A stretch of 28,264 bases of DNA from a virus (Duplodnaviria > Caudoviricetes), in the IMG/VR virus record IMGVR_UViG_3300020477_000103, positions 1 through 28,264 of that record; one strand, 5' to 3'. Positions 1 through 7,338 of this stretch are shown one piece after another. A program made the translations under genes and the position numbers. Positions within the stretch are counted from its first letter, which is position 1. Each line of letters starts with the position of its first letter. Below the pieces are notes generated by a model. It saw only the letters and a list, made by a program, of their open reading frames with translations, ran no database searches and was not told where the DNA came from.

Positions 1-51
1 TAGAATCAATGAAAAAGCCAGGAATTCTGAGTATATTTAACAGAGGCGGCG

Positions 52-342
52 ATGATAGTTGATGAAGAAGAGAAAATTGAACATGTAGTAAAAGACAACT
101 GGCTAGTACGCTGGTGGAAAACACTTATATATGAAGAATATAAGTTGACAATCTATTTTGTTGCTGCCAAAGTAATTGATGAAAGAGGCAATACGATATA
201 TAGTAGGGAACCTAAGCACTATAAGGCTTCAAAGTTTTATAGTTTGAAACCGAAATTTATCAAGTTCAAAGATGATGAGAATCAGATAATAGAAATAAAA
301 TCTGAAGAGCCCATGAATTGGGACTTAGTTAAGGTGTATTAA
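52..342 (+). CDS. hypothetical phage protein (96 aa)
   Basis: GAGG upstream of the ATG; stop overlaps the next ATG (TAATG); no recognised motif. Confidence 0.7.
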   Translation: MIVDEEEKIEHVVKDNWLVRWWKTLIYEEYKLTIYFVAAKVIDERGNTIYSREPKHYKASKFYSLKPKFIKFKDDENQIIEIKSEEPMNWDLVKVY

Positions 343-785
343 TGAATAAAGAAAAACTGATTGAACAGTTAAAGTATGATGAAGGAGTAATGCATGAAAT
401 CTACAATGACCATCTCGGCTATCCAACGTTTGGAGTCGGTCATCTTGTCCTCAAAGACGACGAGGAATACGGCAGACCAGTTGGAACGCCAGTCAGTAGT
501 GAAAGAGTCGATGAATGTCTCAAAAGAGACATTGAAACCTGTATCCTCGAATGTGGAACTTTATACGGAAACAGGTTCTATGAGTGGCCCGATGAAGTCC
601 AGCAGATCCTGGCAAATATGATGTTTAATATGGGTCGCCCCAGATTAAGTAAATTTATTAGAATGAATGCAGCCCTAGAAGAAGGAATGTGGGCACAGGC
701 AGCCGTTGAAGGACGAGACTCTAAGTGGTATCGTCAAGTACGAAAACGAGCTGAAAGATTAATGACTAGACTGGAAAATGTATAA
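342..785 (+). CDS. phage lysozyme/endolysin, GH24 (T4 lysozyme-like)
   Basis: Catalytic E-x8-D-x5-T pattern (DEGVMHEIYNDHLGYPTFGVGHL), NMMFNMG, SKWYRQVRKRAERL. Confidence 0.9.
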   Translation: MNKEKLIEQLKYDEGVMHEIYNDHLGYPTFGVGHLVLKDDEEYGRPVGTPVSSERVDECLKRDIETCILECGTLYGNRFYEWPDEVQQILANMMFNMGRPRLSKFIRMNAALEEGMWAQAAVEGRDSKWYRQVRKRAERLMTRLENV

Positions 786-787
786 AA

Positions 788-1462
788 ATGAAAGTAGCTT
801 TAGTAGCTCTAAGCAAGCCGTCGGCAATTACAGACTGTTCTTCGGCTGATGAATTTATAGCTTACTGTGCAAGAGTAAGTAACCCAAATAACCAGAACAA
901 CAAAAAAACAGCTCCTCAGCTGTTAGCGTACTTAATCAAACACGGACATTGGAGTCCTTTTGAGATGATCTCTCTTACTATGGAAATTGAAACCACAAGA
1001 GATATTTCCCACCAAATAGTACGTCACCGAAGTTTCTCTTTTCAAGAGTTTAGCCAGCGTTATGCTGTAAGTGATACGTTTGAAATACGAGAAGCACGCC
1101 TGCAAGACGAAAAAAATCGACAAAATAGCCTCGGGTTAGATTACGAAGATGAATACCATAGACGTGTTAATGAAGACTTTTCTATGGCGCAACACTCAGT
1201 TCTACAAACCTCTAGAAAAGCCTATGAAGAAGCGTTGAAATCAGGTATTGCAAAAGAACAAGCCAGAGCATTATTACCTGAAGGAATGACAGGTACTACT
1301 CTATATATGGCAGGAACATTACGCAGTTGGATACATTATTGTGAATTGCGAATGGCTAATGGGACACAACAAGAACACGCTAATATAGCGAAAAAGTGCT
1401 GGGAAATAATTGGCACTCATTTCCCAAGTGTAGTAAAAGCCGTAGAACTAAAAGGAGTATAA
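788..1462 (+). CDS. thyX: FAD-dependent thymidylate synthase
   Basis: HWSPFE, ThyX signature RHRSFSFQEFSQRY, KEQARALLP, LRSWIHY, QQEH. Confidence 0.96.
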   Translation: MKVALVALSKPSAITDCSSADEFIAYCARVSNPNNQNNKKTAPQLLAYLIKHGHWSPFEMISLTMEIETTRDISHQIVRHRSFSFQEFSQRYAVSDTFEIREARLQDEKNRQNSLGLDYEDEYHRRVNEDFSMAQHSVLQTSRKAYEEALKSGIAKEQARALLPEGMTGTTLYMAGTLRSWIHYCELRMANGTQQEHANIAKKCWEIIGTHFPSVVKAVELKGV

Positions 1463-1615
1463 ATGGAATATCTAATAATTACTGGAATTTTAACCATGGT
1501 TGCAGTCTTTGAACCTGGAAACAAAGAACTCAATGAAACCTGTAGACAAGAAGTTTCAACAGGTGAATTTGATAGCATGATTCAATGCAGAAACTGGTAT
1601 CGGCCTAAAAGGTGA
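1463..1615 (+). CDS. small protein (50 aa) with N-terminal hydrophobic segment; not in ORF track
   Basis: AAGGAG SD; ATG directly after the thyX stop; MEYLIITGILTMVAVFEPGNKELNETCRQEVSTGEFDSMIQCRNWYRPKR; GTGA overlap with the next ORF. Confidence 0.75.
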   Translation: MEYLIITGILTMVAVFEPGNKELNETCRQEVSTGEFDSMIQCRNWYRPKR

Positions 1616-1851
1616 TAGTTAAAATACTCAAAGGACTAAAGAACATAGTTAGTCCAAATTATTGGGCTGAAAGAATAGGTGAAAAAAGTGGAGCCTATGA
1701 CAAAGCCAGAGAAAGTAAATTAGCTACTTGGGCTTCTAATTTAGAAGGCTGGAAGTGGTGGGCATGGCAGATAGGAGTAGGCTTAATATTTTTTATTTTA
1801 ATTGAGGTTATACTAAATATGATTGGTATGACCTTGTTACCTTGGGGGTAA
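1612..1851 (+). CDS. small membrane protein (79 aa)
   Basis: GTG start coupled to the upstream TGA; Trp-rich segment followed by a C-terminal TM helix (IGVGLIFFILIEVILNMIGMTLL). Confidence 0.75.
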   Translation: MIVKILKGLKNIVSPNYWAERIGEKSGAYDKARESKLATWASNLEGWKWWAWQIGVGLIFFILIEVILNMIGMTLLPWG

Positions 1852-1854
1852 GCT

Positions 1855-1956
1855 ATGTGCGGTAATCCAGATTGTGAGGATCAAGATGATTGCTGTTATT
1901 TTTGTGATGTATGTGGGTCGTGGTACAGGGATGAAGAACCCTGTGAATTCCACTAA
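1855..1956 (+). CDS. 33-aa Cys-rich acidic peptide, putative metal-binding; not in ORF track
   Basis: MCGNPDCEDQDDCCYFCDVCGSWYRDEEPCEFH; fills the gap between neighbours; G-rich SD-like run upstream; TAATG overlap with the next gene. Confidence 0.7.
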   Translation: MCGNPDCEDQDDCCYFCDVCGSWYRDEEPCEFH

Positions 1957-2141
1957 TGTACATTTGTATCTGCAATGCGATAACAGAATCAGACTTAGAG
2001 AATAATCCTTTTATTATTAACATAGTAGGGAACCAATGTGGTATTTGTATAAAGAACCCTATTAAAGTTAGTGGTGCCACTTATCATGTGGATAAATTTG
2101 ATACAGGGACAAAGACCCCTATAAATCTCATCAAGGAGTAG
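1956..2141 (+). CDS. bfd: Bfd-like [2Fe-2S] protein (bacterioferritin-associated ferredoxin family), shortened
   Basis: MYICICNAIT...VGNQCGIC matches Bfd (MYVCLCNGIS...VGNQCGKC in E. coli, recalled); C-x-C-x21-C-x2-C. Confidence 0.75.
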   Translation: MYICICNAITESDLENNPFIINIVGNQCGICIKNPIKVSGATYHVDKFDTGTKTPINLIKE

Positions 2142-2145
2142 TAAA

Positions 2146-2553
2146 ATGAGCGAAGGCAGAAAGTTCGATCAAGAAAAGCCTCAGTTATATTTATTGCCTC
2201 CTAAGTCTATTGTAGAAGTAGGAAAAGTATTAACTTATGGAGCAGAGAAGTACGATCCCGAAAATTGGCGTAAAGTAGATGATCTACAGAATAGATACAC
2301 GAGTGCTGCTTTGAGGCATGTCTTTGCACATATAGACGGGGAAGAAAACGATGAAGAGACGGGGCTATCACACCTCGCTCATGCAATGTGTTGTTTATTA
2401 TTTAAATTGGAGGATGAATTAATTGCCAAGAGTGAAAAAGAGAGATCACGAGAAACTGACTCAGGAAAACATTCAACATGTTATGAATCTGCTGTCAGGG
2501 GAACGCCCGATAACAAAAAAGGAAGCATGCGAGATTTTGAATATCTCGTATAA
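2146..2553 (+). CDS. dATP/dGTP diphosphohydrolase-like protein (DUF5664 family)
   Basis: GRKFDQEKP, VLTYGAEKY..ENWRK, AALRH, ETGLSHLAHAMCCLLF; AAGGAG SD. Confidence 0.85.
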   Translation: MSEGRKFDQEKPQLYLLPPKSIVEVGKVLTYGAEKYDPENWRKVDDLQNRYTSAALRHVFAHIDGEENDEETGLSHLAHAMCCLLFKLEDELIAKSEKERSRETDSGKHSTCYESAVRGTPDNKKGSMRDFEYLV

Positions 2554-3073
2554 TACGACTCGCTTAAACAACATTCTCGATGATTTCTTAGAGCGAAAAG
2601 AGTACAGAGCTAAACGAAAAGCTCAATTAAAAGGTAAAAGAGCAACTAAAGAAGAGATAAAAGATGCAATACAGTCTTATCTACGTGGTGAGTCTGTATC
2701 TGAAATATCTCAAAGTATGTACCGCTCTGCGGGATTTGTAAAAGGAATACTTAACAGAGTAGGAGTACCGACACGACCCGCAGCAGTAGAGGATAGACAA
2801 GGGTGTGCCTTTTTACCTGATGAGTGTATATCTGAAGAATTTAAGCCAGGAGAGATAGTTTGGTCAGCGTTTAACCATGCCCCCGCTCTAGTAGAGAAGG
2901 AGGCAAATGAAATAGATTACGTAGAAAAGTATTCAAGTAAGTGCTACTACATATACGTATTCGAACACACTGAGGAGCTCATAAAAGGAGGATACTATGC
3001 CGCCTCATTAGCTTACGACTTAGGAAAGCTCACTCATTTAGAGGAGTATGGAATCAATTTAGAAAAAATATAA
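2423..3073 (+). CDS. D2: T5 D2-like DNA-binding protein
   Basis: TKKEACEIL, YLRGESVSEI..YRS, EEFKPGEIVW, HLEEYG resemble T5 D2 (recalled); sits before D3; TTG start after GGAGG. Confidence 0.75.
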   Translation: MPRVKKRDHEKLTQENIQHVMNLLSGERPITKKEACEILNISYNTTRLNNILDDFLERKEYRAKRKAQLKGKRATKEEIKDAIQSYLRGESVSEISQSMYRSAGFVKGILNRVGVPTRPAAVEDRQGCAFLPDECISEEFKPGEIVWSAFNHAPALVEKEANEIDYVEKYSSKCYYIYVFEHTEELIKGGYYAASLAYDLGKLTHLEEYGINLEKI

Positions 3074-3618
3074 TGTTAGATTTATTCTATGAACAGAACT
3101 TGACTGAAGTATCAACAGATATATTCCATACTAGATTTCTGAACGAAGAACTATCAGACACTATATTAACTCTACTTAAAAAAGAAAACGCTTGGGAACG
3201 AGGAGTTTATGATCGAAGGTACTCAACACATGATACTAAATTAAGCTCACATTTTCCTACAGTATACCATCTAATAAAAGAACAGATTGAAAATATAGTT
3301 CTTAGAAGTATGTATGATATATGGTCTTTTAACTCTAATATAGAGGCGGACAGTATTTTCGCGGTAAAATATAGTAAAGACACACAATTAAGTTTAAAAG
3401 AACACGTAGATGAAAGTTACATTAGTGGCAGTATAAAATTGAATACAGACTATGAAGGAGGGATATTAAAGTTTCCAAGGCAAAATTTTACAAATGAAAA
3501 TATTCCTATAGGAGATTTAATCATTTGGCCAAGCCAAATAACCCATCCACACTTGTCTACCAAAGTAACTAAGGGAGAGAAATATTCAATAACAATTTGG
3601 ACAGATTCGCAAAAATAA
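3073..3618 (+). CDS. 2OG-Fe(II) oxygenase (prolyl/lysyl hydroxylase-like)
   Basis: HxD (HVDES), LNTDYEGG, distal His (HPH), VTKGEKYSI. Confidence 0.88.
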   Translation: MLDLFYEQNLTEVSTDIFHTRFLNEELSDTILTLLKKENAWERGVYDRRYSTHDTKLSSHFPTVYHLIKEQIENIVLRSMYDIWSFNSNIEADSIFAVKYSKDTQLSLKEHVDESYISGSIKLNTDYEGGILKFPRQNFTNENIPIGDLIIWPSQITHPHLSTKVTKGEKYSITIWTDSQK

Positions 3619-3650
3619 TTCTTGACACAAATGTCAATTCGTGAGATAAT
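3611..3650 (+). promoter_or_regulatory. sigma70-type phage promoter P1 (drives D3)
   Basis: AAAAATAATTC-TTGACA(3622-3627)-17 bp-GATAAT(3645-3650) with TGn extension. Confidence 0.85.
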
Positions 3651-3725
3651 ACTTGTATAAAAATGAGGGAACCTATGGGCGACCGATTTTATTTCCAGCA
3701 ACAACAAAAAAGAGGAAAACGCAGA

Positions 3726-4070
3726 ATGGCGTGGGATGACGATAAAAAGGCACAAGCCGTAGATATGTATGAAGCACAGGACCCAACTCCTGAAACTTCA
3801 ATGGAGATAGTAAAAGAAATAGCAGACGAACTCAATGAAAGCCCGAACGGGGTTCGTATGATTTTAACAAAAGCTGGAGTTTATGTAAAAAAGGCTCAAG
3901 CAGCTGGGAATGGCGGGACTTCTGGTGGTGGTACTCGCGTTTCTAAGCAGGCAGCACAAGACGCATTAGTAGCTGCTATAACTGATAAAGGCTTAGAGCC
4001 AGATATGGATATAATATCCAAGATGACTGGTAAAGCCGCACAATACTTTGCGGGCCTAATGGCTGACTAG
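3726..4070 (+). CDS. D3: T5 D3-like DNA-binding protein (alternative in-frame start at 3675)
   Basis: SMEIVKEIA..ESPNGVRMILTKAGVYVKKA, GGTRVSK, IISKMTGKAA resemble T5 D3 (recalled); AGAGGA SD before ATG 3726. Confidence 0.82.
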   Translation: MAWDDDKKAQAVDMYEAQDPTPETSMEIVKEIADELNESPNGVRMILTKAGVYVKKAQAAGNGGTSGGGTRVSKQAAQDALVAAITDKGLEPDMDIISKMTGKAAQYFAGLMAD

Positions 4071-4076
4071 TACTTT

Positions 4077-4105
4077 CCTCGGGTGCGACTCCCGAGGTGT
4101 TTTTT
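4077..4105 (+). terminator. intrinsic terminator after D3
   Basis: CCTCGGG-tgcgact-CCCGAGG followed by TGTTTTTT. Confidence 0.82.
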
Positions 4106-4159
4106 GCTCCACGGTGTAGGATAGTAAAAGAGTTTTTACCTACCTGACTAAGGAGCGTC

Positions 4160-4426
4160 GTGAAAAAGGACGAACTAGCCAATCTTGTTAACGATTGTGG
4201 TGATGCAATCATCACTTATCGTAGTGAGAACTCTAAGAAGTTAAAGTACAATGTTTGTACTTTGGACTTTAGTACAGAGTATATCAAAAACAAGAAAAAC
4301 CGAGCGAAAGAATCCGATGAAACCCTGTTACTGTTTTGCTGGGACACGGATTCTTATCGTTTATTAAAACCTAAGAATGTGACCAGTGTAGTGCCGCTGT
4401 CCTCTGTATTGAAGAACGAAGTATGA
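4160..4426 (+). CDS. conserved T5-like protein, possible Sm/WYL-like fold
   Basis: GTG start after AAGGAG; NVCTLDF...LLFCWDTDSYRLLKPKNV; syntenic position between D3 and the PC4-like gene. Confidence 0.7.
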   Translation: MKKDELANLVNDCGDAIITYRSENSKKLKYNVCTLDFSTEYIKNKKNRAKESDETLLLFCWDTDSYRLLKPKNVTSVVPLSSVLKNEV

Positions 4427-4731
4427 TACAGATATACGAAGCGCCGCCAGTCTACGAGCATGTAATTCATTATGACGAAGAAAAAGAAACCCAAATACGA
4501 GTGGTCGTTAGTACTTTTCGTGGTGTTGAGTACCTTCATCTTAGGAAGTATTACATGGATTTTGATGAAGAATGGAAGCCTACACCTGATGGAATTGCAA
4601 TGCCCATCGACTTTAATAACACAAGAGAGTTGTTTCGTGCCCTCACTGAGATACTATCCTTAGCAGAATCAAAAGAAATTATTGAAGAAAACTTTGAGGA
4701 CTTAATAAAATCAATTTATTTACCTGATTAG
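4423..4731 (+). CDS. PC4/p15-like ssDNA-binding protein
   Basis: RVVVSTFRGVEYLHLRKYYMDFDEEWKPTPDGIAMP is a PC4 signature; ATGA overlap. Confidence 0.88.
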   Translation: MIQIYEAPPVYEHVIHYDEEKETQIRVVVSTFRGVEYLHLRKYYMDFDEEWKPTPDGIAMPIDFNNTRELFRALTEILSLAESKEIIEENFEDLIKSIYLPD

Positions 4732-4734
4732 TTT

Positions 4735-4772
4735 AAATTCTTCTTGACTCAACCCTTATTTTCTAGTATAAT
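4735..4772 (+). promoter_or_regulatory. sigma70-type promoter P2 (ligase subunit A)
   Basis: TTC-TTGACT(4744-4749)-17 bp-TATAAT(4767-4772). Confidence 0.85.
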
Positions 4773-4780
4773 ATATTTAT

Positions 4781-5731
4781 ATGAATGAGAATACCAACAA
4801 AAATTCCATAGCAAAGAAATACTACGAGGAAGGCAGTAGTCCTTTGACTGATGCCGAGTGGGACGCTTTGCATGAAAATAATGAGGTAGGATATACCCCA
4901 GATTCTGGAGTACGTCATTCATTTCCAATGCTGTCACTTAAAAAGACCTTTGACGAGGATGAATTAGGTTCTTGGATCGCTTCACACGAAGGCCAAGAAG
5001 TTATTTCTAGTCCAAAGTTGGACGGTTCGGCAGTATCAATATTATACGATAAAGGAAAATTTATAAGAGCAACTACCCGTGGAAACGGAAAAATAGGAGT
5101 AGATATTTCAAATAAGATGAAGTATTTAGTTCCTGAGACAATCAGCTTTCATAGAAAAGTACAAATTGATGGTGAAGTAGTTGCTCCTATCTCTATACCT
5201 AATGCTCGTAACTATGCGGCGGGGTCGCTCAACTTAAAATTAGTTAGAGACTTTATACCTCGTTGTAATGAACTACGGTTTATTGCATATGAGTTAAGAC
5301 CGCATGGATTTATTGAGTCTTGGAGCGTACTTCTTAATTGGCTAGAGAGTCTTGGTTTTTCAACTGTTAGCTCAGTTGATGCGTCACAGTATCCAACCGA
5401 TGGCGAAGTATACAGAATAGATGATATTAAGTATTGGGCTGAGCAAGGATCTACTTCTCATCACCCTAGAGGGTCACTTGCCTTCAAAATTCAAAAAGAA
5501 GGTGTAGTAACCACGCTATCGAGAGTTGAGTGGCAAACAGGTAAGTCAGGTGTTGTTACACCAGTAGCAATACTTAGCCCTGTTATGATTGGGGATGCCC
5601 TTGTATCAAGAGCAACCCTACACAATATGGCTCACATTAGGGAGTTAGGACTTGAGATTGGTTGCCAGGTCGAGGTCATACGAAGCGGTGAAATTATCCC
5701 TCGTATTGTCCGACGAGTTGAGGAAAAATAA
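4781..5731 (+). CDS. ligA: NAD-dependent DNA ligase subunit A (Ia, adenylation and OB domains)
   Basis: YYEEGSSPLTDAEWD, KLDG, TRGNGKIG, RNYAAGSL, ATLHN, RSGEIIP. Confidence 0.93.
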   Translation: MNENTNKNSIAKKYYEEGSSPLTDAEWDALHENNEVGYTPDSGVRHSFPMLSLKKTFDEDELGSWIASHEGQEVISSPKLDGSAVSILYDKGKFIRATTRGNGKIGVDISNKMKYLVPETISFHRKVQIDGEVVAPISIPNARNYAAGSLNLKLVRDFIPRCNELRFIAYELRPHGFIESWSVLLNWLESLGFSTVSSVDASQYPTDGEVYRIDDIKYWAEQGSTSHHPRGSLAFKIQKEGVVTTLSRVEWQTGKSGVVTPVAILSPVMIGDALVSRATLHNMAHIRELGLEIGCQVEVIRSGEIIPRIVRRVEEK

Positions 5732-5763
5732 TTCTTGACATGGAACCTAAATTTTCGTATAAT
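5724..5763 (+). promoter_or_regulatory. sigma70-type promoter P3 (ligase subunit B and D5)
   Basis: AAAAATAATTC-TTGACA(5735-5740)-17 bp-TATAAT(5758-5763), full consensus. Confidence 0.92.
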
Positions 5764-5789
5764 ATGTTTTCAATTTCAGAGGAATCTTT

Positions 5790-6560
5790 ATGCAAGCGAT
5801 AGAAGCACCAGAATTTTGTCCCTCTTGTGAATCTTCACTTGAGTGGATAAATGATCTGCTATATTGCGTAAGTTCTTTATGCCCTGCTCAAATTCAGAAA
5901 CGAATCGAGCATTTTGCAAAGACGCTAAAGATCAAAGGGCTCGGCCCCAAGAGCATAGAAAAGTTGGATCTCTCCTCTTTTCACGAGATTTATAGTTTAG
6001 ACTATAATACTTGTAAATATGCTCTTGCCTCTGAAAAACTAGCAAGAAAACTAGTAGTTGAGATAGATCATTCAAAGTCAAGTAGTTTGAATGTTTTATT
6101 ACCAGCGTTAAGTATTCCTTTAATAGGAAAGACGGCAGCAACTAAATTGTCCACAAAAATCAAAAGTATCATTGATATTGATGAGGACAAGTGTAAAGCA
6201 GCAGGTCTTGGGCCAAAAGCAACTGAAAACCTACTTAGCTGGTACTATAACGAGTTTCAATGTGGTTTAAATGACCTTCCCTTTAGTTGGGAATTTGAAA
6301 CTCCTAAAGTCGCAACTGAAACTAAAGGAGCGGTATGTATTAGCGGTAAGCTTTCCAGTTTCAAAACTAAAGCAGAAGCAGCTAGAGCTCTTTCTTACGC
6401 GGGATACCAAGTAAAAGGCTCTATGACAAAAGATGTAATCTTTCTGATAAATGAATCAGGTGTTGAATCTGCAAAAACAAAACAAGCCCGAGATAGGGGC
6501 ATAACAATTATTACAAGTCTAAATGAATTGATAGGAGACTATAATGGCAACGTTGCCTAA
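5790..6560 (+). CDS. ligB: NAD-dependent DNA ligase subunit B (Zn finger, HhH, BRCT)
   Basis: CPSC...C....CPAQ, IKGLGPK, LSIPLIGK, BRCT VCISGKL..TKDVIFLI..SAKTKQA. Confidence 0.92.
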   Translation: MQAIEAPEFCPSCESSLEWINDLLYCVSSLCPAQIQKRIEHFAKTLKIKGLGPKSIEKLDLSSFHEIYSLDYNTCKYALASEKLARKLVVEIDHSKSSSLNVLLPALSIPLIGKTAATKLSTKIKSIIDIDEDKCKAAGLGPKATENLLSWYYNEFQCGLNDLPFSWEFETPKVATETKGAVCISGKLSSFKTKAEAARALSYAGYQVKGSMTKDVIFLINESGVESAKTKQARDRGITIITSLNELIGDYNGNVA

Positions 6561-7275
6561 GTGGACAGATGAGCGTACCGACGAGCTCACTAATTTTGTC
6601 GGTGATGAATCCCCAGTATCCCAAGCTACTGTAGCAGAAGCTGCAGACCAGCTTGAGACTACTACACGGTCAGTTTCTAGCAAGCTGAGAAAAATGGGTT
6701 TTGATGTAGAACTTGCTTCTGCAAAGAGCACTCGTGCTTTTACTGAAGGCCAAGAAGCTACTCTTGCTGCTTTTGTCACAGACAATAGCGGTGAGTATAC
6801 CTATGCTCAAATTGCTTCTAACTTTGAAGACGGAGCATTTAGTGCTAAGTCTATCCAAGGTAAGATTCTTTCTATGGAACTTACTGACCATGTTAAGCCA
6901 GCTCCCAAAGTGGAGACTGTTAGAACTTACTCTCCCGATGAGGAAGCTAAGTTTGTATCTATGGTTAATGATGGTGCTTTCGTTGAAGCGATTGCAGAAG
7001 CTCTTGATCGTAGCGTAAACAGTGTACGTGGTAAGGCTCTCAGCCTTTTACGTTCTGGTGACATTGATGCTATTCCCCGTCAGGAGCATACCAAGGGCTC
7101 AGCTAAGAGCGATCCTCTTGAGGAACTTGGAGACGTTTCTGGCATGACAGTTGAAGCAATTGCAGAAGCGATTGGCAAAACTGCGCGTGGTGTTAAGACT
7201 ATGTTGACTCGACGTGGGTTGACAGCGTCTGACTATGATGGTGCAGCTAAAAAGGAAAAAGCAGCAGCATCTTAA
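6544..7275 (+). CDS. D5: T5 D5-like DNA-binding transcription regulator
   Basis: Repeated HTH units (RSVSSKLRKMG, KSIQGKILSMELT, NSVRGKALSL, RGVKTMLTRRGL..DYDG); AGGAG SD; follows ligB as in T5. Confidence 0.88.
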   Translation: MATLPKWTDERTDELTNFVGDESPVSQATVAEAADQLETTTRSVSSKLRKMGFDVELASAKSTRAFTEGQEATLAAFVTDNSGEYTYAQIASNFEDGAFSAKSIQGKILSMELTDHVKPAPKVETVRTYSPDEEAKFVSMVNDGAFVEAIAEALDRSVNSVRGKALSLLRSGDIDAIPRQEHTKGSAKSDPLEELGDVSGMTVEAIAEAIGKTARGVKTMLTRRGLTASDYDGAAKKEKAAAS

Positions 7276-7288
7276 TTAGTATTAATTC

Positions 7289-7325
7289 TACAGCCGTAGT
7301 GAGGGGTCATTGCGGCTGTATTTTT
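7289..7325 (+). terminator. intrinsic terminator after D5
   Basis: 14-bp stem TACAGCCGTAGTGA/TCATTGCGGCTGTA (two G-U pairs), GGGG loop, then TTTTT. Confidence 0.88.
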
Positions 7326-7338
7326 ATCGGGGGAATCG

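Noticed and set aside
1-62. 3' end of an upstream gene
   Set aside because: Two frames are open (stops at 40 and 62) and cannot be told apart.
1853-2080. Minus-strand His-rich 75-aa ORF
   Set aside because: It is the antisense of the Cys-rich peptide and bfd. The + strand reading has coupling and a family motif.
5732-5789. Ligase split as a frameshift or pseudogene
   Set aside because: Both halves are intact with their own promoter and start, and the split is a known T5 feature.
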